Shown here piece after piece: positions 47,923-57,797 of a DNA stretch of 64,000 bases. Position numbers and translations under genes: made by a program. The first letter of the stretch is position 1; each line of letters opens with the position of its first letter. This DNA is from Candidatus Latescibacterota bacterium (GTDB taxonomy: Bacteria > Latescibacterota > UBA2968 > UBA8231). Location: contig CBDFJF010000001.1 in assembly GCA_965248265.1 (NCBI GenBank), forward strand, positions 1,376,001 to 1,440,000. Direction: 5' to 3'. The notes under the pieces are model-generated. The model saw nothing but the letters and a program-made list of their open reading frames with translations, did not search any database and was not told the origin of the DNA.

Positions 47923-49647
47923 TTACTCATCTCGGCTTCGCTCAGATCGTGTATTCTCTTTGATCACGGCCAGCGTCGCGGCCTGCCGCTCGACGTACGC
48001 CACTGGCCGGCCAGGAACGCGGCGATCCAGGTCCCAGCGGGTAAAGGAAATGATGAAGTCTGCGCGATCGGCTAACGACACGGGCACGAAGTTGTCCGGA
48101 AAATAGTAAGTGGCCGAACGCTCCGGCCCCACCGCCCATACGTTATACGTCTGGACCTGTGCAGCAGCTCCGTCCCGCTCGACGACGTATTCTCGCAGCC
48201 GTTCGACCGCTTCCTTGTAGGAATTGCCCCAGTAGTCCAGCTCGTAGCGCCCTTGGGCGCCCTCCACCCCCCCGACCAGCTCGTTGTAGTGGACGTACTG
48301 GTGTGGATGCAGCTGCACCATCCTATAAGCCTGAGGAGACAGCAGCAGGCAAACGGCGGCGGCGGCCAGGAGCTGGCGACGACGAGACCATGGCCGGCAC
48401 CAGCGCTCGAGCACTGCACTCCACCCTAAACCGCCAACCACGCATAGAGGCGGCACGACAAAGAGGAAATGCCGCATGGTGTCGTAGAGGACCGAGTTGA
48501 CGGCAACCACATAGCAGATGGGAAAGATCACGCTGAGCACCAGCAACGACACCCGGGCCGCATGTAACGGGTCGGCGCGCAATCGACCCCGAGCCAGACA
48601 GAGCATGGTGGCGGCCACCACCAGGCCGGCCAGCAGGGTCTCCGGCAACTTGACTACGAGATAATGCGGCAGGTACGTGGCCGGCAGGTCTTTGGCCTTC
48701 ACGTACTCTCCGCCGATGAGCACCTGATTGAGCAGGCCTTCATCGGTCACCTTGAAGTGCGACATGTAGGACAGGGCCTCGAAGGGTCGCAGCAACGGGC
48801 TCTGCTGCGCCCACGGCCAGAAAAGCAGCATCACGGCGTAGGCCATGACCGCAATGACCAGCAGCGACCGCACCAGACTTCGCAACCGCCGGGTCCCACT
48901 GACTCCCCGCACGCCAGGTCCGGGCACCAGCGAGCTCGGAAAAGCCAGGAAGAGAGCGGCTGCCAGCCCGAGATAGCCAAGCAGGACCAGTCCACCGATA
49001 CGCACCCCCAGTGTCAGGCCTATCGCCAACCCGAGTTTGAGCTGCAACCGGCCCGGTATGGTTGGCAGGTGGCCGAAGCTGCACATGAGATAGTAGACTG
49101 ACCAGGCGTAGCCGACGGCAAAGGGGATGTCTTTGGGATTGTTGAACATGTGGCCGAAATAGGAAGGCTCCAGCAGTAGCAGGGCGGTAGCCAACCAGGC
49201 CGCGCCTTCACCCCCCGCCAACCTGGCCATCTTCCAGACGGCGAGGATGCCGGCTAGGCCGACCAGAGCGTTGAACAAATGGCGCGTCTCGAATATCCCC
49301 AGAGGGGATACGCGCGCGAGGAGGGCAGCCACCGCATCGAATAACGCGCCGTAATAAAAGGCGTCGAGGTAGGCCAGCGCCGCGTGGTCAGCGAAGAAGG
49401 ATTCGTAGTATCGCAGGACATACTTGCCGTATTGGTGCTGGTTGGGCGCGTCCCAAGTGATCCCGTAGTCGCCGTGGAGACAGACCACGACGGCGATAGT
49501 TCCCAGCGCCAGCCCCGCGTGAAGATACCGATTCAAAGCCGCAGCGGAGACTCTATGAGCCTGCCCCGCAGCCCAAATGGGATACTCGGACAGGCTCCTA
49601 ACGAAACGGTTGATGGTATTGTCCCGGTTCTGGTTGAAACAGTGCAT
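47923..49647 (-). CDS. GT-C fold membrane glycosyltransferase (ArnT/PMT-like)
   Basis: DYGITWD, FGHMFNNPKDIPFA, LYDTMRHFLF, ELDYWG; many TM helices. Start uncertain. Confidence 0.75.
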   Translation of the reverse strand: MHCFNQNRDNTINRFVRSLSEYPIWAAGQAHRVSAAALNRYLHAGLALGTIAVVVCLHGDYGITWDAPNQHQYGKYVLRYYESFFADHAALAYLDAFYYGALFDAVAALLARVSPLGIFETRHLFNALVGLAGILAVWKMARLAGGEGAAWLATALLLLEPSYFGHMFNNPKDIPFAVGYAWSVYYLMCSFGHLPTIPGRLQLKLGLAIGLTLGVRIGGLVLLGYLGLAAALFLAFPSSLVPGPGVRGVSGTRRLRSLVRSLLVIAVMAYAVMLLFWPWAQQSPLLRPFEALSYMSHFKVTDEGLLNQVLIGGEYVKAKDLPATYLPHYLVVKLPETLLAGLVVAATMLCLARGRLRADPLHAARVSLLVLSVIFPICYVVAVNSVLYDTMRHFLFVVPPLCVVGGLGWSAVLERWCRPWSRRRQLLAAAAVCLLLSPQAYRMVQLHPHQYVHYNELVGGVEGAQGRYELDYWGNSYKEAVERLREYVVERDGAAAQVQTYNVWAVGPERSATYYFPDNFVPVSLADRADFIISFTRWDLDRRVPGRPVAYVERQAATLAVIKENTRSERSRDE

Positions 49648-49689
49648 GCTCCAATCGTATGATATGCTCGAAGTCGGTAGCCGATATCT

Positions 49690-51645
49690 GTGGAAGTGGG
49701 GAGTCCCTTGGCGCTAACCATAACATCGTTTCGTGAGAATCGCTCACAAGGGCAGAGCGCGGAGTATGCGCTCACGCACCTCGACAATGTTCCTGCTCAA
49801 AACGTCGTACGCTTTCATTTAACCTTGGGCCCGATTGAACACCGCACTGGTTCGCAGTATCAGTGGATTCTTCTCGAAGGGGTAAAACAAAACGGGGACA
49901 CCTATGCCTGTTGGGTGTCAGTCGACCGGTTGCCATGGGCTTCCACGCACGAAGACCATGTCCACACGGCTCGTTACCTGCTTCGAGAGGGAGATCAACA
50001 GCCGCTGGAGTACGTCACCGCATTGACAGGCGAGGCGTTGCTGCCGGAATTCCGCGGCTGGGACATCCTCCTTCCCAAACCCTTGCGCGATTCCAAGACT
50101 CTTTTCCCTGAACGAATGCACTACCTGGGTTTCGATTTTTCGCTCGCTGCGACAAGCGAAGATAAATCATTTTCGATACCTGACGCTGAACGCCTTGCGC
50201 TTCGTCCAGACATGCTCGTGGGCACGGGGCGGAACTTCCGCGATGTACAGGGAGCCCGTCTGATCGGTAACGAAGACTACGATTATACCCCCTATTCCCG
50301 CGAAGACATCGATGAACTCATCGACGCGGGAGTCAATCATTTCTGGCCGGATGAAGAGCAACGTGAATGGATGCTTCGCCGCCCGATTTTCTATATCCAT
50401 CGAGGCAATGACCGATATCCTGAGTTACTCTATCGCAGCAATCTGCGCGGAGGACATGCTTACTACGACGAACCGGGACACATAGCGCGCGGCGACATGC
50501 AGGCTGATCAGTCACCGGCTGAAATGGCACAATGCGTGGTTGAGCGCACTCGGGATTCGACCCGCGTGGACGGATTGAATCAGTCACTAAAAGAACGCTC
50601 TGATATCGATCTTGGTGATCTGAACTTGCGCCATCCGCTCCCGAGTTGGGAAACGTCGGTGAGTACCGTCTGGTATCAGATGCGCGCGGGCGCAATCGGA
50701 GCTATTCATGAAGGTCGGTACGCAACGTGCAACGAGCCGCTGACGCTCAACATGCACTATGGATGTACCATACCGCCGTATCCGGAATACATCTTCCGCT
50801 ACTACTACGCGTTTTTGCGTGGCGCGGCACGCCATTTTGGCTGCGACTGGGGCATGTCCATATACGGTCAGACCGAGGAAGCTATCGCGCCGCACGCTCT
50901 CACGTTGGCCTATGACATGGGGGCGCGCTACTTGTGGTGCTGGACTTCCGACGGTGGGCATCATGTGCCCTATCCAGAGCAGGTCAACCTTGCCCGTTTG
51001 CTGAAAGCTCACGCGGCAGAGCGCGATGAACGAGATATGGAAGCGTTGCTGCACAACGCCAGGGCTGCCATTGTCTTGCCGGATGGGTATACCTTCGAAC
51101 CCTCGGGGCTGCTGTACAACCAGGCTACGCACCATGCAGAGCGCGCCAATGAAAACGGAATACCCTACCGAAAAGTGCTGCACAACGCTGCCGTTGAAAT
51201 GGAGCGTTTGCTGCGCTTGGGGATAGAGTTTGACATCGTTGTGGACGCTGATGGATTCGATGGAGATGGTTATGAAGAGGTATTATTTGTGCGTCCTGAA
51301 GTGCCCTCCGGTCCACGCACTCCACCCAGGCCGCGGCATCTATCGAAACCACTCTTGAAACCAACGGTTGAGCAGAATCCGGATTCTGCAGAGCTGGTGA
51401 CCCTTCGAGCGCAAGTGACCGGCGGCTCTCCGCCACTGGGATTCGACGCAGGAAGAGATTCAAAAACCGGAATACGGGAGCGCCACGCGGTTGTCTGGGA
51501 ATATTACAGCCCCGACGGTGGCTATAAGTTGCTCTACGGCGCGGAGCATACTCTTACCCTGACAGGTACGGGACGGCATCGCTTCCGCGCCGTGACTGCA
51601 GATTCGTATGGAAGTATTGTCGACGAATGGTTGGTGCATGGTTAA
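49690..51645 (+). CDS. Hypothetical protein, possibly with a TIM-barrel core
   Basis: Long ORF filling the gap between neighbours; YYDEP and FLRGAAR...WGMSIYG segments; no family recognised. Confidence 0.65.
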   Translation: MEVGSPLALTITSFRENRSQGQSAEYALTHLDNVPAQNVVRFHLTLGPIEHRTGSQYQWILLEGVKQNGDTYACWVSVDRLPWASTHEDHVHTARYLLREGDQQPLEYVTALTGEALLPEFRGWDILLPKPLRDSKTLFPERMHYLGFDFSLAATSEDKSFSIPDAERLALRPDMLVGTGRNFRDVQGARLIGNEDYDYTPYSREDIDELIDAGVNHFWPDEEQREWMLRRPIFYIHRGNDRYPELLYRSNLRGGHAYYDEPGHIARGDMQADQSPAEMAQCVVERTRDSTRVDGLNQSLKERSDIDLGDLNLRHPLPSWETSVSTVWYQMRAGAIGAIHEGRYATCNEPLTLNMHYGCTIPPYPEYIFRYYYAFLRGAARHFGCDWGMSIYGQTEEAIAPHALTLAYDMGARYLWCWTSDGGHHVPYPEQVNLARLLKAHAAERDERDMEALLHNARAAIVLPDGYTFEPSGLLYNQATHHAERANENGIPYRKVLHNAAVEMERLLRLGIEFDIVVDADGFDGDGYEEVLFVRPEVPSGPRTPPRPRHLSKPLLKPTVEQNPDSAELVTLRAQVTGGSPPLGFDAGRDSKTGIRERHAVVWEYYSPDGGYKLLYGAEHTLTLTGTGRHRFRAVTADSYGSIVDEWLVHG

Positions 51646-51758
51646 TCCCAATTGCGCCTTCTGGCGCCTTATCTCCTGGGCACCGGAAGTGCCAGGGTGG
51701 GCGCGCAGGCCACCGGGTCGTAAACACACACATCTTCCCCGATAAAAAGGGACCGGAC

Positions 51759-52493
51759 ATGATAAGGAACAAGATTCTCGAACGCATACGTGCGGGCGAG
51801 AAAGCGCTCGGCGTATTGATGATCGACCCGTCTGAGTTACTGGTGGAGCTGGCGGGCAGGATGGGGCTCGATTTCGTCATGTTCGACGGCCAGCACTGGC
51901 CGTTGACACCGCAGCGGGTGGGAACCCTGTGCGCGATCGCGGATGGCTTCGACATCACCCCGATCATGCGCGTGCCCGACCAGTCCGAGACCTCCATTCT
52001 CAGCTACCTCGACAAAGGCATACGCCTGATCATCGTGCCGAACCTGCGCACGAAGGAGGAGGCCCAGGTGCTGGTCAGGTACACGTTTTTCGCGCCCATC
52101 GGCGCGCGCAGCGCGACCAGCAAACGCACCGTGTTGGCTGAGGGCAAGGGTGGCCGGAGCGAACTCTACGAGCAGGCGAACGCCAACACCATGCTCGTCC
52201 CCCAGCTGGAACACATCGAGGCGCTGGAGAATGTGGAAGAGATACTCAGCGTGGACGGGATCGACTACTTCGAGCCCGGTTTCGAAGATCAGGCGCAGTC
52301 GATGGGATTGCCGGGGCAGGCCGGCAGCGCCGTAGTGCACGACGCCTGGAACCAGTGCACCCAGAAGGTGCGGGCCGCGGGCAAGCACCTCCTAGCCGAC
52401 CACATCGAGTTCGTCGACGCGTTCAACAGCGTTGTGAAAGACGCTCAGGCCTTGCTCGAAAAGCACGGGCGCAATTCGCAGCTCGCTTCCTGA
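51759..52493 (+). CDS. HpcH/HpaI aldolase family protein
   Basis: GLDFVMFDGQH, MRVP, FAPIGARS, PQLE, VDGIDY. Start MIRNK. Confidence 0.85.
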   Translation: MIRNKILERIRAGEKALGVLMIDPSELLVELAGRMGLDFVMFDGQHWPLTPQRVGTLCAIADGFDITPIMRVPDQSETSILSYLDKGIRLIIVPNLRTKEEAQVLVRYTFFAPIGARSATSKRTVLAEGKGGRSELYEQANANTMLVPQLEHIEALENVEEILSVDGIDYFEPGFEDQAQSMGLPGQAGSAVVHDAWNQCTQKVRAAGKHLLADHIEFVDAFNSVVKDAQALLEKHGRNSQLAS

Positions 52494-52518
52494 GCCCCCG
52501 GGGAGTGGGGATTTTTTC

Positions 52519-52547
52519 TTGACATGCTGATTCATTGTATTGATAAT
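52519..52547 (+). promoter_or_regulatory. sigma70-type promoter
   Basis: TTGACA-N17-GATAAT in an AT-rich intergenic region. Confidence 0.72.
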
Positions 52548-52649
52548 ATTGCTAACTGTGCCGTAATCAGTGGTGTGAGATAATGTTCAATGTACAATAA
52601 GTTGCTGTTTTACCAGCACTTATCACCAGAACCCGTAGGAGGATTCGGA

Positions 52650-53495
52650 ATGAAGAAGTTAGTTGCTTTATCAGCCATAGTCTGTCTCGCCGGCGCCAGT
52701 TTTGCCCACGAGCCGGCAAATGAGGAATTCTTGGTGTATCAGTTTGCTGACGGGAGCACCCCAACCGCAGACGGGCTTGATGACGATTGGGATGGTGTCC
52801 CGGATTCGTACACTATCGGCATCGACAAACTCTACGACCCGTCCCAGTATCAGGAGGCCGACCGCGGCGGGAGCGACATCAGCGACATGAATATCACGCA
52901 CCGGGTCGGGTGGAACGAGACCGACAACAGGCTCTACGTCGTCACCACGGTGTTCGACGATATCCACGATCGGACCGGTGAGGGGTGCTTCTGCACTGAT
53001 GACTCCTATGAGCTCGAAGTGAACATGGACCACTCTGCCCATGCAGATGAAAACCCAGAGGACTTCGTCAGCAGGATCGCCTATAAATACGCTGTTCCGC
53101 CCGTTGACGGCGCGTACGCTTTCTCGCGCCCCGTCGCCGCGGTAGCTGATGAGTGGCTCTTTCCCGGCAGTGAGTGGCTCGACTTTGGGTGGAGCTTCAC
53201 CGGGGCAGAGTTCGGGGAGAGCACCTACACCTACGAGCAGTCCATCCTTCCCATCGAGAACTTTGCATGGGATGGTAGTGAAGGATCAGCAGTAATTTGG
53301 GACCTGGAGGAAGGCGATCTCTTCCATCTCGCTATCGGTGTGGGCGATGTAGACGTTCCATCTGACGCTTACCATGGCTTCTGGAGCACATCGCCGACGG
53401 CCTGGACTACCGACTTCGTCCTGGACGAAATCGTTGACTCGCCGACTGCCGTCGAGAATGATACTTGGGCTCGCATCAAGGCTCAGTACAAGTAA
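52650..53495 (+). CDS. Secreted acidic CBM9/DOMON-like protein with C-terminal TWxxIK tail
   Basis: RBS AGGAGG; signal peptide MKKLVALSAIVCLAGASFA; PTADGLDDDW, VGWN...LYV...DD, YE..I; ends TAVENDTWARIKAQYK. Confidence 0.72.
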   Translation: MKKLVALSAIVCLAGASFAHEPANEEFLVYQFADGSTPTADGLDDDWDGVPDSYTIGIDKLYDPSQYQEADRGGSDISDMNITHRVGWNETDNRLYVVTTVFDDIHDRTGEGCFCTDDSYELEVNMDHSAHADENPEDFVSRIAYKYAVPPVDGAYAFSRPVAAVADEWLFPGSEWLDFGWSFTGAEFGESTYTYEQSILPIENFAWDGSEGSAVIWDLEEGDLFHLAIGVGDVDVPSDAYHGFWSTSPTAWTTDFVLDEIVDSPTAVENDTWARIKAQYK

Positions 53496-53542
53496 CTGCC
53501 TGACTGGTAGTTGCCTGACGAGGAGTTGCAGTGAGGAGTTAG

Positions 53543-53583
53543 AAACCCGTGTCCCACTCTGTGGGACACGGGTTTTATGTTTT
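53543..53583 (+). terminator. Intrinsic terminator or stabilising hairpin
   Basis: Perfect 15-bp stem AAACCCGTGTCCCAC / GTGGGACACGGGTTT with a 3-nt loop, followed by a T-rich tract. Confidence 0.85.
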
Positions 53584-53601
53584 GCTGGCAGGAGGACGAC
53601 G

Positions 53602-55725
53602 GTGTCTCAAGCAGTTTTCTGGGTCGGTCTGGTAAGCCTGGCGTTGACCTCTTCGGCCATGGCTGCAAGGTCGGAATACGTCCTGTCCGGGGACAGCGGA
53701 ATCCCCGGCCGACAGCCCTGGCAGACAGCCCTGGCGGCAGACCCCGGCGTCTACGTCGTTTTCGACAACGACGGTCAGCTCATCGACTCCGTGCCCATTG
53801 CCCTGGCGCCCCGGGGGGCCGGCGCCGATACCCTCATCGATTACAGCGGCGGCACCCTCCAATCCGTGTGGATTGATCCCACCTGGAACCTGGCCCGGCG
53901 CCTCGAGCTGGCGGATGGACAAATCACCTCGAGCGAGCAGTATGGCTATCTGTACGCAGAGCTGGAAAGCATTGTCTGGTCCTTCGACGGCGACCCGAAG
54001 ACCGCCATGAACCGCAAGTTTGTTCAGGATCCCTTCGGGCTTCCAGGCATAGGCGCGGGGTGGCGGCAAAACATAATCGTCGACCTGGGAGCCGACTTCC
54101 CGATCAACCGGGTCCGGTTCTACCCCCGCCTGGGCCATGACGATGCCCGGATCATCGAGCAGATGGACGAGCCCAGACCGGATCCGGAAACATTCGGCAG
54201 CCTGAGCTTTTCTGAAAATTACCTCGAATGGTACGAGCTCAGCGTTGCCGAAAATGCCAGGCCGTTCTCCCCAGATGCCACCCCCGAAAACTTTGCGCCG
54301 GGCACGCGCTGGTTCAAGGACGTCAAGGCCTGGGGGGCAGCCCTCGACCCGTGGTTCACCAGCCTCAAACTGACCACCGAAAATCTGGACGTGGTAGTCG
54401 ATCACCACTTCCCGCTGCGCCACGAGCGCTACGTAGCCCTGCGTCCCATCAAACCACTGCGTAATTGGGAAGTCGCCGAGATGGAAGTCTACGGAGAGGG
54501 CTACACAAAGAAAGGGGTGTTCCTCACCAATATCCTGGACTTCGGGCAGCCAGTCAGTTGGGGCAAGATCCGTTGGGCGGGCGAGATCCCTCCTGGCACC
54601 AGGGTGACTATCAGAACCCGCACGGGCAATGATCCGCACCCGACCCTTTACTGGCAGCCGGACCGTATCTCCGGTGAGCTGAAGTCGATCACCCGTGAGG
54701 AGTGGTCACGAATTCGCGGAAACCTTCGTCTGGCCCCCACCTACGACTGGAAAAACTGGAGCTTCTGGTCGCCACCCTACGATTTCGAATCCGGCCTGCG
54801 CGATCCGGCTGCTCCGGCCGCTTCGTGGGAGGATGGTACGTCCCTGCAATCGCCCAGCCCCAGCCGCTACCTCCAGCTCGAGATCATACTCTGGTCAACG
54901 CGCAACGCCACGCCTCGCCTGGACGCTCTGTGGCTCCAGTTCTCTCAATCTCCCGCCGCCTCCGAGCTGGTTGGGGAAATCTGGCCGATCGAAGTGGATT
55001 CTTTCGAGCCGCGCAACTTCACCTACACAGTCCGTCCGGATTTTATCGAGGGCGATATCGGGTTCGACCGCCTCGAGATCCTCACTTATACCACGGTAGA
55101 AGAGGTCCGCTCAGTCAAGGTAGACTCCCGGGAGATCGATCTGACCGATACGAATTATACCCCCGAGATACTCGACGACCGAATCATCGTGAAGCTCGAC
55201 AGAAAGCTACAGGATCCGACCGATGACCGCCTCAAGCAGGTGGAGGTCAATTTCGACGTCGCCGTGCTGCGCTTTGGCGCCGACTTCAAGGGGTGGGTAT
55301 TCAACAGCGACGATCCAGATCGCCTGAAGCAGCAGGTTCAGCCCGGCAACGCCACCTTCCGCTTTGCCGGAGACGTGCTGTCCGTGCGCACTGCGGTGGG
55401 GGGAGATCTGCTCGTCTTCACAGAGACTGCTCCCAATCCCTTTTCCCCCAATGGAGACGGGATCAACGACGAGATGTCCTTGTCCTTCAAGGTGCGAGAG
55501 GTGGCGCTGCGTCGATCCATTCAGGTGGAGATCTACGATCTGGCCGGTAACAACGTCCGCACCCTGACAAACATAGACGCCGTAACGGGTGCGTACTCTT
55601 TTACCTGGGACGGGGTCGATGACGGCGGTGTCAGAGTTTCCCCCGGTCTTTACCTCTACCGTATCAATCTGGAATCTGACGAGAACAACGAAGAGAAACT
55701 GGGCAGTATAGCCGTGGTCTATTGA
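53602..55725 (+). CDS. Secreted protein with discoidin-like segment and C-terminal FlgD-Ig/CHU_C-like domain
   Basis: RBS AGGAGG plus GTG; signal peptide; VDLG..FPINRVRFYPR; PNPFSPNGDGIND...IYDLAG...WDG...PGLYLY; ends AVVY. Confidence 0.8.
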   Translation: MSQAVFWVGLVSLALTSSAMAARSEYVLSGDSGIPGRQPWQTALAADPGVYVVFDNDGQLIDSVPIALAPRGAGADTLIDYSGGTLQSVWIDPTWNLARRLELADGQITSSEQYGYLYAELESIVWSFDGDPKTAMNRKFVQDPFGLPGIGAGWRQNIIVDLGADFPINRVRFYPRLGHDDARIIEQMDEPRPDPETFGSLSFSENYLEWYELSVAENARPFSPDATPENFAPGTRWFKDVKAWGAALDPWFTSLKLTTENLDVVVDHHFPLRHERYVALRPIKPLRNWEVAEMEVYGEGYTKKGVFLTNILDFGQPVSWGKIRWAGEIPPGTRVTIRTRTGNDPHPTLYWQPDRISGELKSITREEWSRIRGNLRLAPTYDWKNWSFWSPPYDFESGLRDPAAPAASWEDGTSLQSPSPSRYLQLEIILWSTRNATPRLDALWLQFSQSPAASELVGEIWPIEVDSFEPRNFTYTVRPDFIEGDIGFDRLEILTYTTVEEVRSVKVDSREIDLTDTNYTPEILDDRIIVKLDRKLQDPTDDRLKQVEVNFDVAVLRFGADFKGWVFNSDDPDRLKQQVQPGNATFRFAGDVLSVRTAVGGDLLVFTETAPNPFSPNGDGINDEMSLSFKVREVALRRSIQVEIYDLAGNNVRTLTNIDAVTGAYSFTWDGVDDGGVRVSPGLYLYRINLESDENNEEKLGSIAVVY

Positions 55726-57797
55726 GTATGGCCCGCCGCAACCTCTCGCTTGTGTACGGCTGGCTCGCGACCGTGTGTATGCCATATTCGGCCGCCGCGC
55801 TGGAAACGCTAACTATCGGCAACGATGCCCGGATCGATTGGGACGGGTCGGGCTCGCGCTTCACGACCATCGATCCGGAGTACCGCGCCCTGAATCCCAA
55901 CGAAATCCTCACCGGCAACCTGCCGGGCGCTCTGATCTACTTCGAGCACCCTGATTTTCCGGGCAGCCTCATTCCCAGGCAGCTCGAGGAGGGCGAGAAC
56001 GTAGCCGCCCAAACCATAGCGCGAGGCGGCAACATCGAGGCTCCATCGGTACTCGATGTCGCCGACGCAGCCCTCCAGACTGCCCTACAGGAACTGCTCA
56101 CCGACGACAATGGTGGCCAGCTCCTGGCCTTTGAGAGAAAGAATGTCAACGCCCGGGGCGCACTGATCATAGGCGATCTGGGGGGCCGCTTCGGGGTCAA
56201 CCGGATCCGCTTCTACCCTCGCAACTCGGGAGTCATTGACTCGACCGTAAAGCGTTCTCCCTCAACCCCTTTTCATCAGGACTATATCAGGGGTTTCGAA
56301 CTCTTCGTCAATGATGGGCTCAACCTGACCCAAGACGGTTTCCCCGTCTGGGATCTTCTGTCGGAAAACAAAGACAACACCGACCCGGTGGTCGAGGTGA
56401 TTCTCGACCCGCCTCAGTATATCCAGTCCTTCCGGTTGAAGTCGACCTCGTCGGTCGATTTCGAGATCGACGAGATCGAGGTTTTCGGCACTGGTTTTGT
56501 GCCCACCGCCCGCTACCTTTCCGATGTATTCGACCTGGGCCTGGCCGCGTGGGGCAACATCCGCTGGACCGAACGAGTCACGGGCGATCCGTCCCTGACT
56601 CGTCTGCTGATCTCTACCCGGACTGGCAGCGATGCAACACAGTTCGTGTACACGCGCAAGCTGGCCGACAAAGAGGATGCTCCGGAAGTTTCGACGTCCC
56701 TGCGCAACCGCGGCCAGCCGATGACCCAGGAGGAATATGACGATCTACCCGAACGTGATGCCGCGGGCCTGGAATGGGAAGCTGGTTCGGTCAGGGACGA
56801 TCTGCAGAACTGGAGCCCCTGGAGCACAGCCTATCCGCCCGAGGGGGGTACGCCAGACGGCACCCCGATCCTATCGCCGGGACCCCGGCGCTACATACAG
56901 TTTCAGGTACAGGCTTTGAGTGACGACCTGGCATCTGCCCGCCTTCTGGAGGACGTCTCCTTAGAGTATCTGGTGCCGCCCCTGGCCGATCAGTTCGAAG
57001 CCGAGATATTTCCGCGCGAAGTACCGGCCTCCACCATCACGACCTTCACCTATGCCGTGCGACCCACCATGGGGACCGACGGCTTACTCGGTTTCGACGC
57101 CTTTGAGATTTCAACGCCCCTGCGGGTGGAGGGTGTGGACCGCATCGAAATCCTGAATCCCGATGGATCCCTGGCGGACGCACATGACTTTACCGCGGAA
57201 GATCCCGCCGCTGACAGCCCCTTCGGGATAACCGCCATCGAGGACGATCGCTTCACCGTCCACTTCCCGCTCATTCATGAAGATCAAAGCCTGCTCAAGA
57301 TCACCTTCCGTGCCGCCGTACTCGTCTACAGCACCAGTTTTAATGGCCGAGCCGCCCTCTCCGCAGAGCAGGGGGCTTTCCAGGCTACTGTCCCGGGAAA
57401 TGCCGCCAACTTGGGCGAAACCGACGAGCCTACGCAGTCTGGGAATACGGTCTTCAGCCCTTCTGTCCTCAAAGGTCGGCTGATCGATGCGCTGGAGACG
57501 GTTCCGAATATCATTACCCCGAACGGGGACGACATCAACGATCGGGTTTCCATTGCCTACAACGTTCTCGCCCTGACCAAGGCGGGCAGAGTGACGGTGC
57601 GGATCTACGATCTGTCCGGTCGGCTCGTCCACACGTTGCAAGATGAGAACCTGCGCAGTGGCCGCTACTTCGACGAGTGGAACGGACGCGACGCCGAGGG
57701 GAAGCTTGCTCTTCCAGGAATCTATTTGCTCTCGGTCTCGGTAGATGGAGACAACCGCGACGGTGCGCTGATAAAGCCCCTATCGGTGATCTACTGA
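55722..57797 (+). CDS. Paralogous secreted protein with C-terminal FlgD-Ig/CHU_C-like domain
   Basis: Signal peptide; DLGGRFGVNRIRFYPR; PNIITPNGDDIND...IYDLSG...WNG...PGIY; ends SVIY. Confidence 0.8.
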   Translation: MSMARRNLSLVYGWLATVCMPYSAAALETLTIGNDARIDWDGSGSRFTTIDPEYRALNPNEILTGNLPGALIYFEHPDFPGSLIPRQLEEGENVAAQTIARGGNIEAPSVLDVADAALQTALQELLTDDNGGQLLAFERKNVNARGALIIGDLGGRFGVNRIRFYPRNSGVIDSTVKRSPSTPFHQDYIRGFELFVNDGLNLTQDGFPVWDLLSENKDNTDPVVEVILDPPQYIQSFRLKSTSSVDFEIDEIEVFGTGFVPTARYLSDVFDLGLAAWGNIRWTERVTGDPSLTRLLISTRTGSDATQFVYTRKLADKEDAPEVSTSLRNRGQPMTQEEYDDLPERDAAGLEWEAGSVRDDLQNWSPWSTAYPPEGGTPDGTPILSPGPRRYIQFQVQALSDDLASARLLEDVSLEYLVPPLADQFEAEIFPREVPASTITTFTYAVRPTMGTDGLLGFDAFEISTPLRVEGVDRIEILNPDGSLADAHDFTAEDPAADSPFGITAIEDDRFTVHFPLIHEDQSLLKITFRAAVLVYSTSFNGRAALSAEQGAFQATVPGNAANLGETDEPTQSGNTVFSPSVLKGRLIDALETVPNIITPNGDDINDRVSIAYNVLALTKAGRVTVRIYDLSGRLVHTLQDENLRSGRYFDEWNGRDAEGKLALPGIYLLSVSVDGDNRDGALIKPLSVIY

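Noticed and set aside
51646-51758. Possible structured RNA upstream of the aldolase (CCTGGGCAC-CGGAA-GTGCCAGG hairpin)
   Set aside because: A single imperfect stem with no recognisable riboswitch consensus and no U-tract.
9301-53601. N-terminal extensions in the ORF track (11046, 9517, 26182, 30833, 51627, 53374)
   Set aside because: They overlap neighbouring genes or a terminator. Downstream starts fit the RBS, signal peptide or paralog alignment better.
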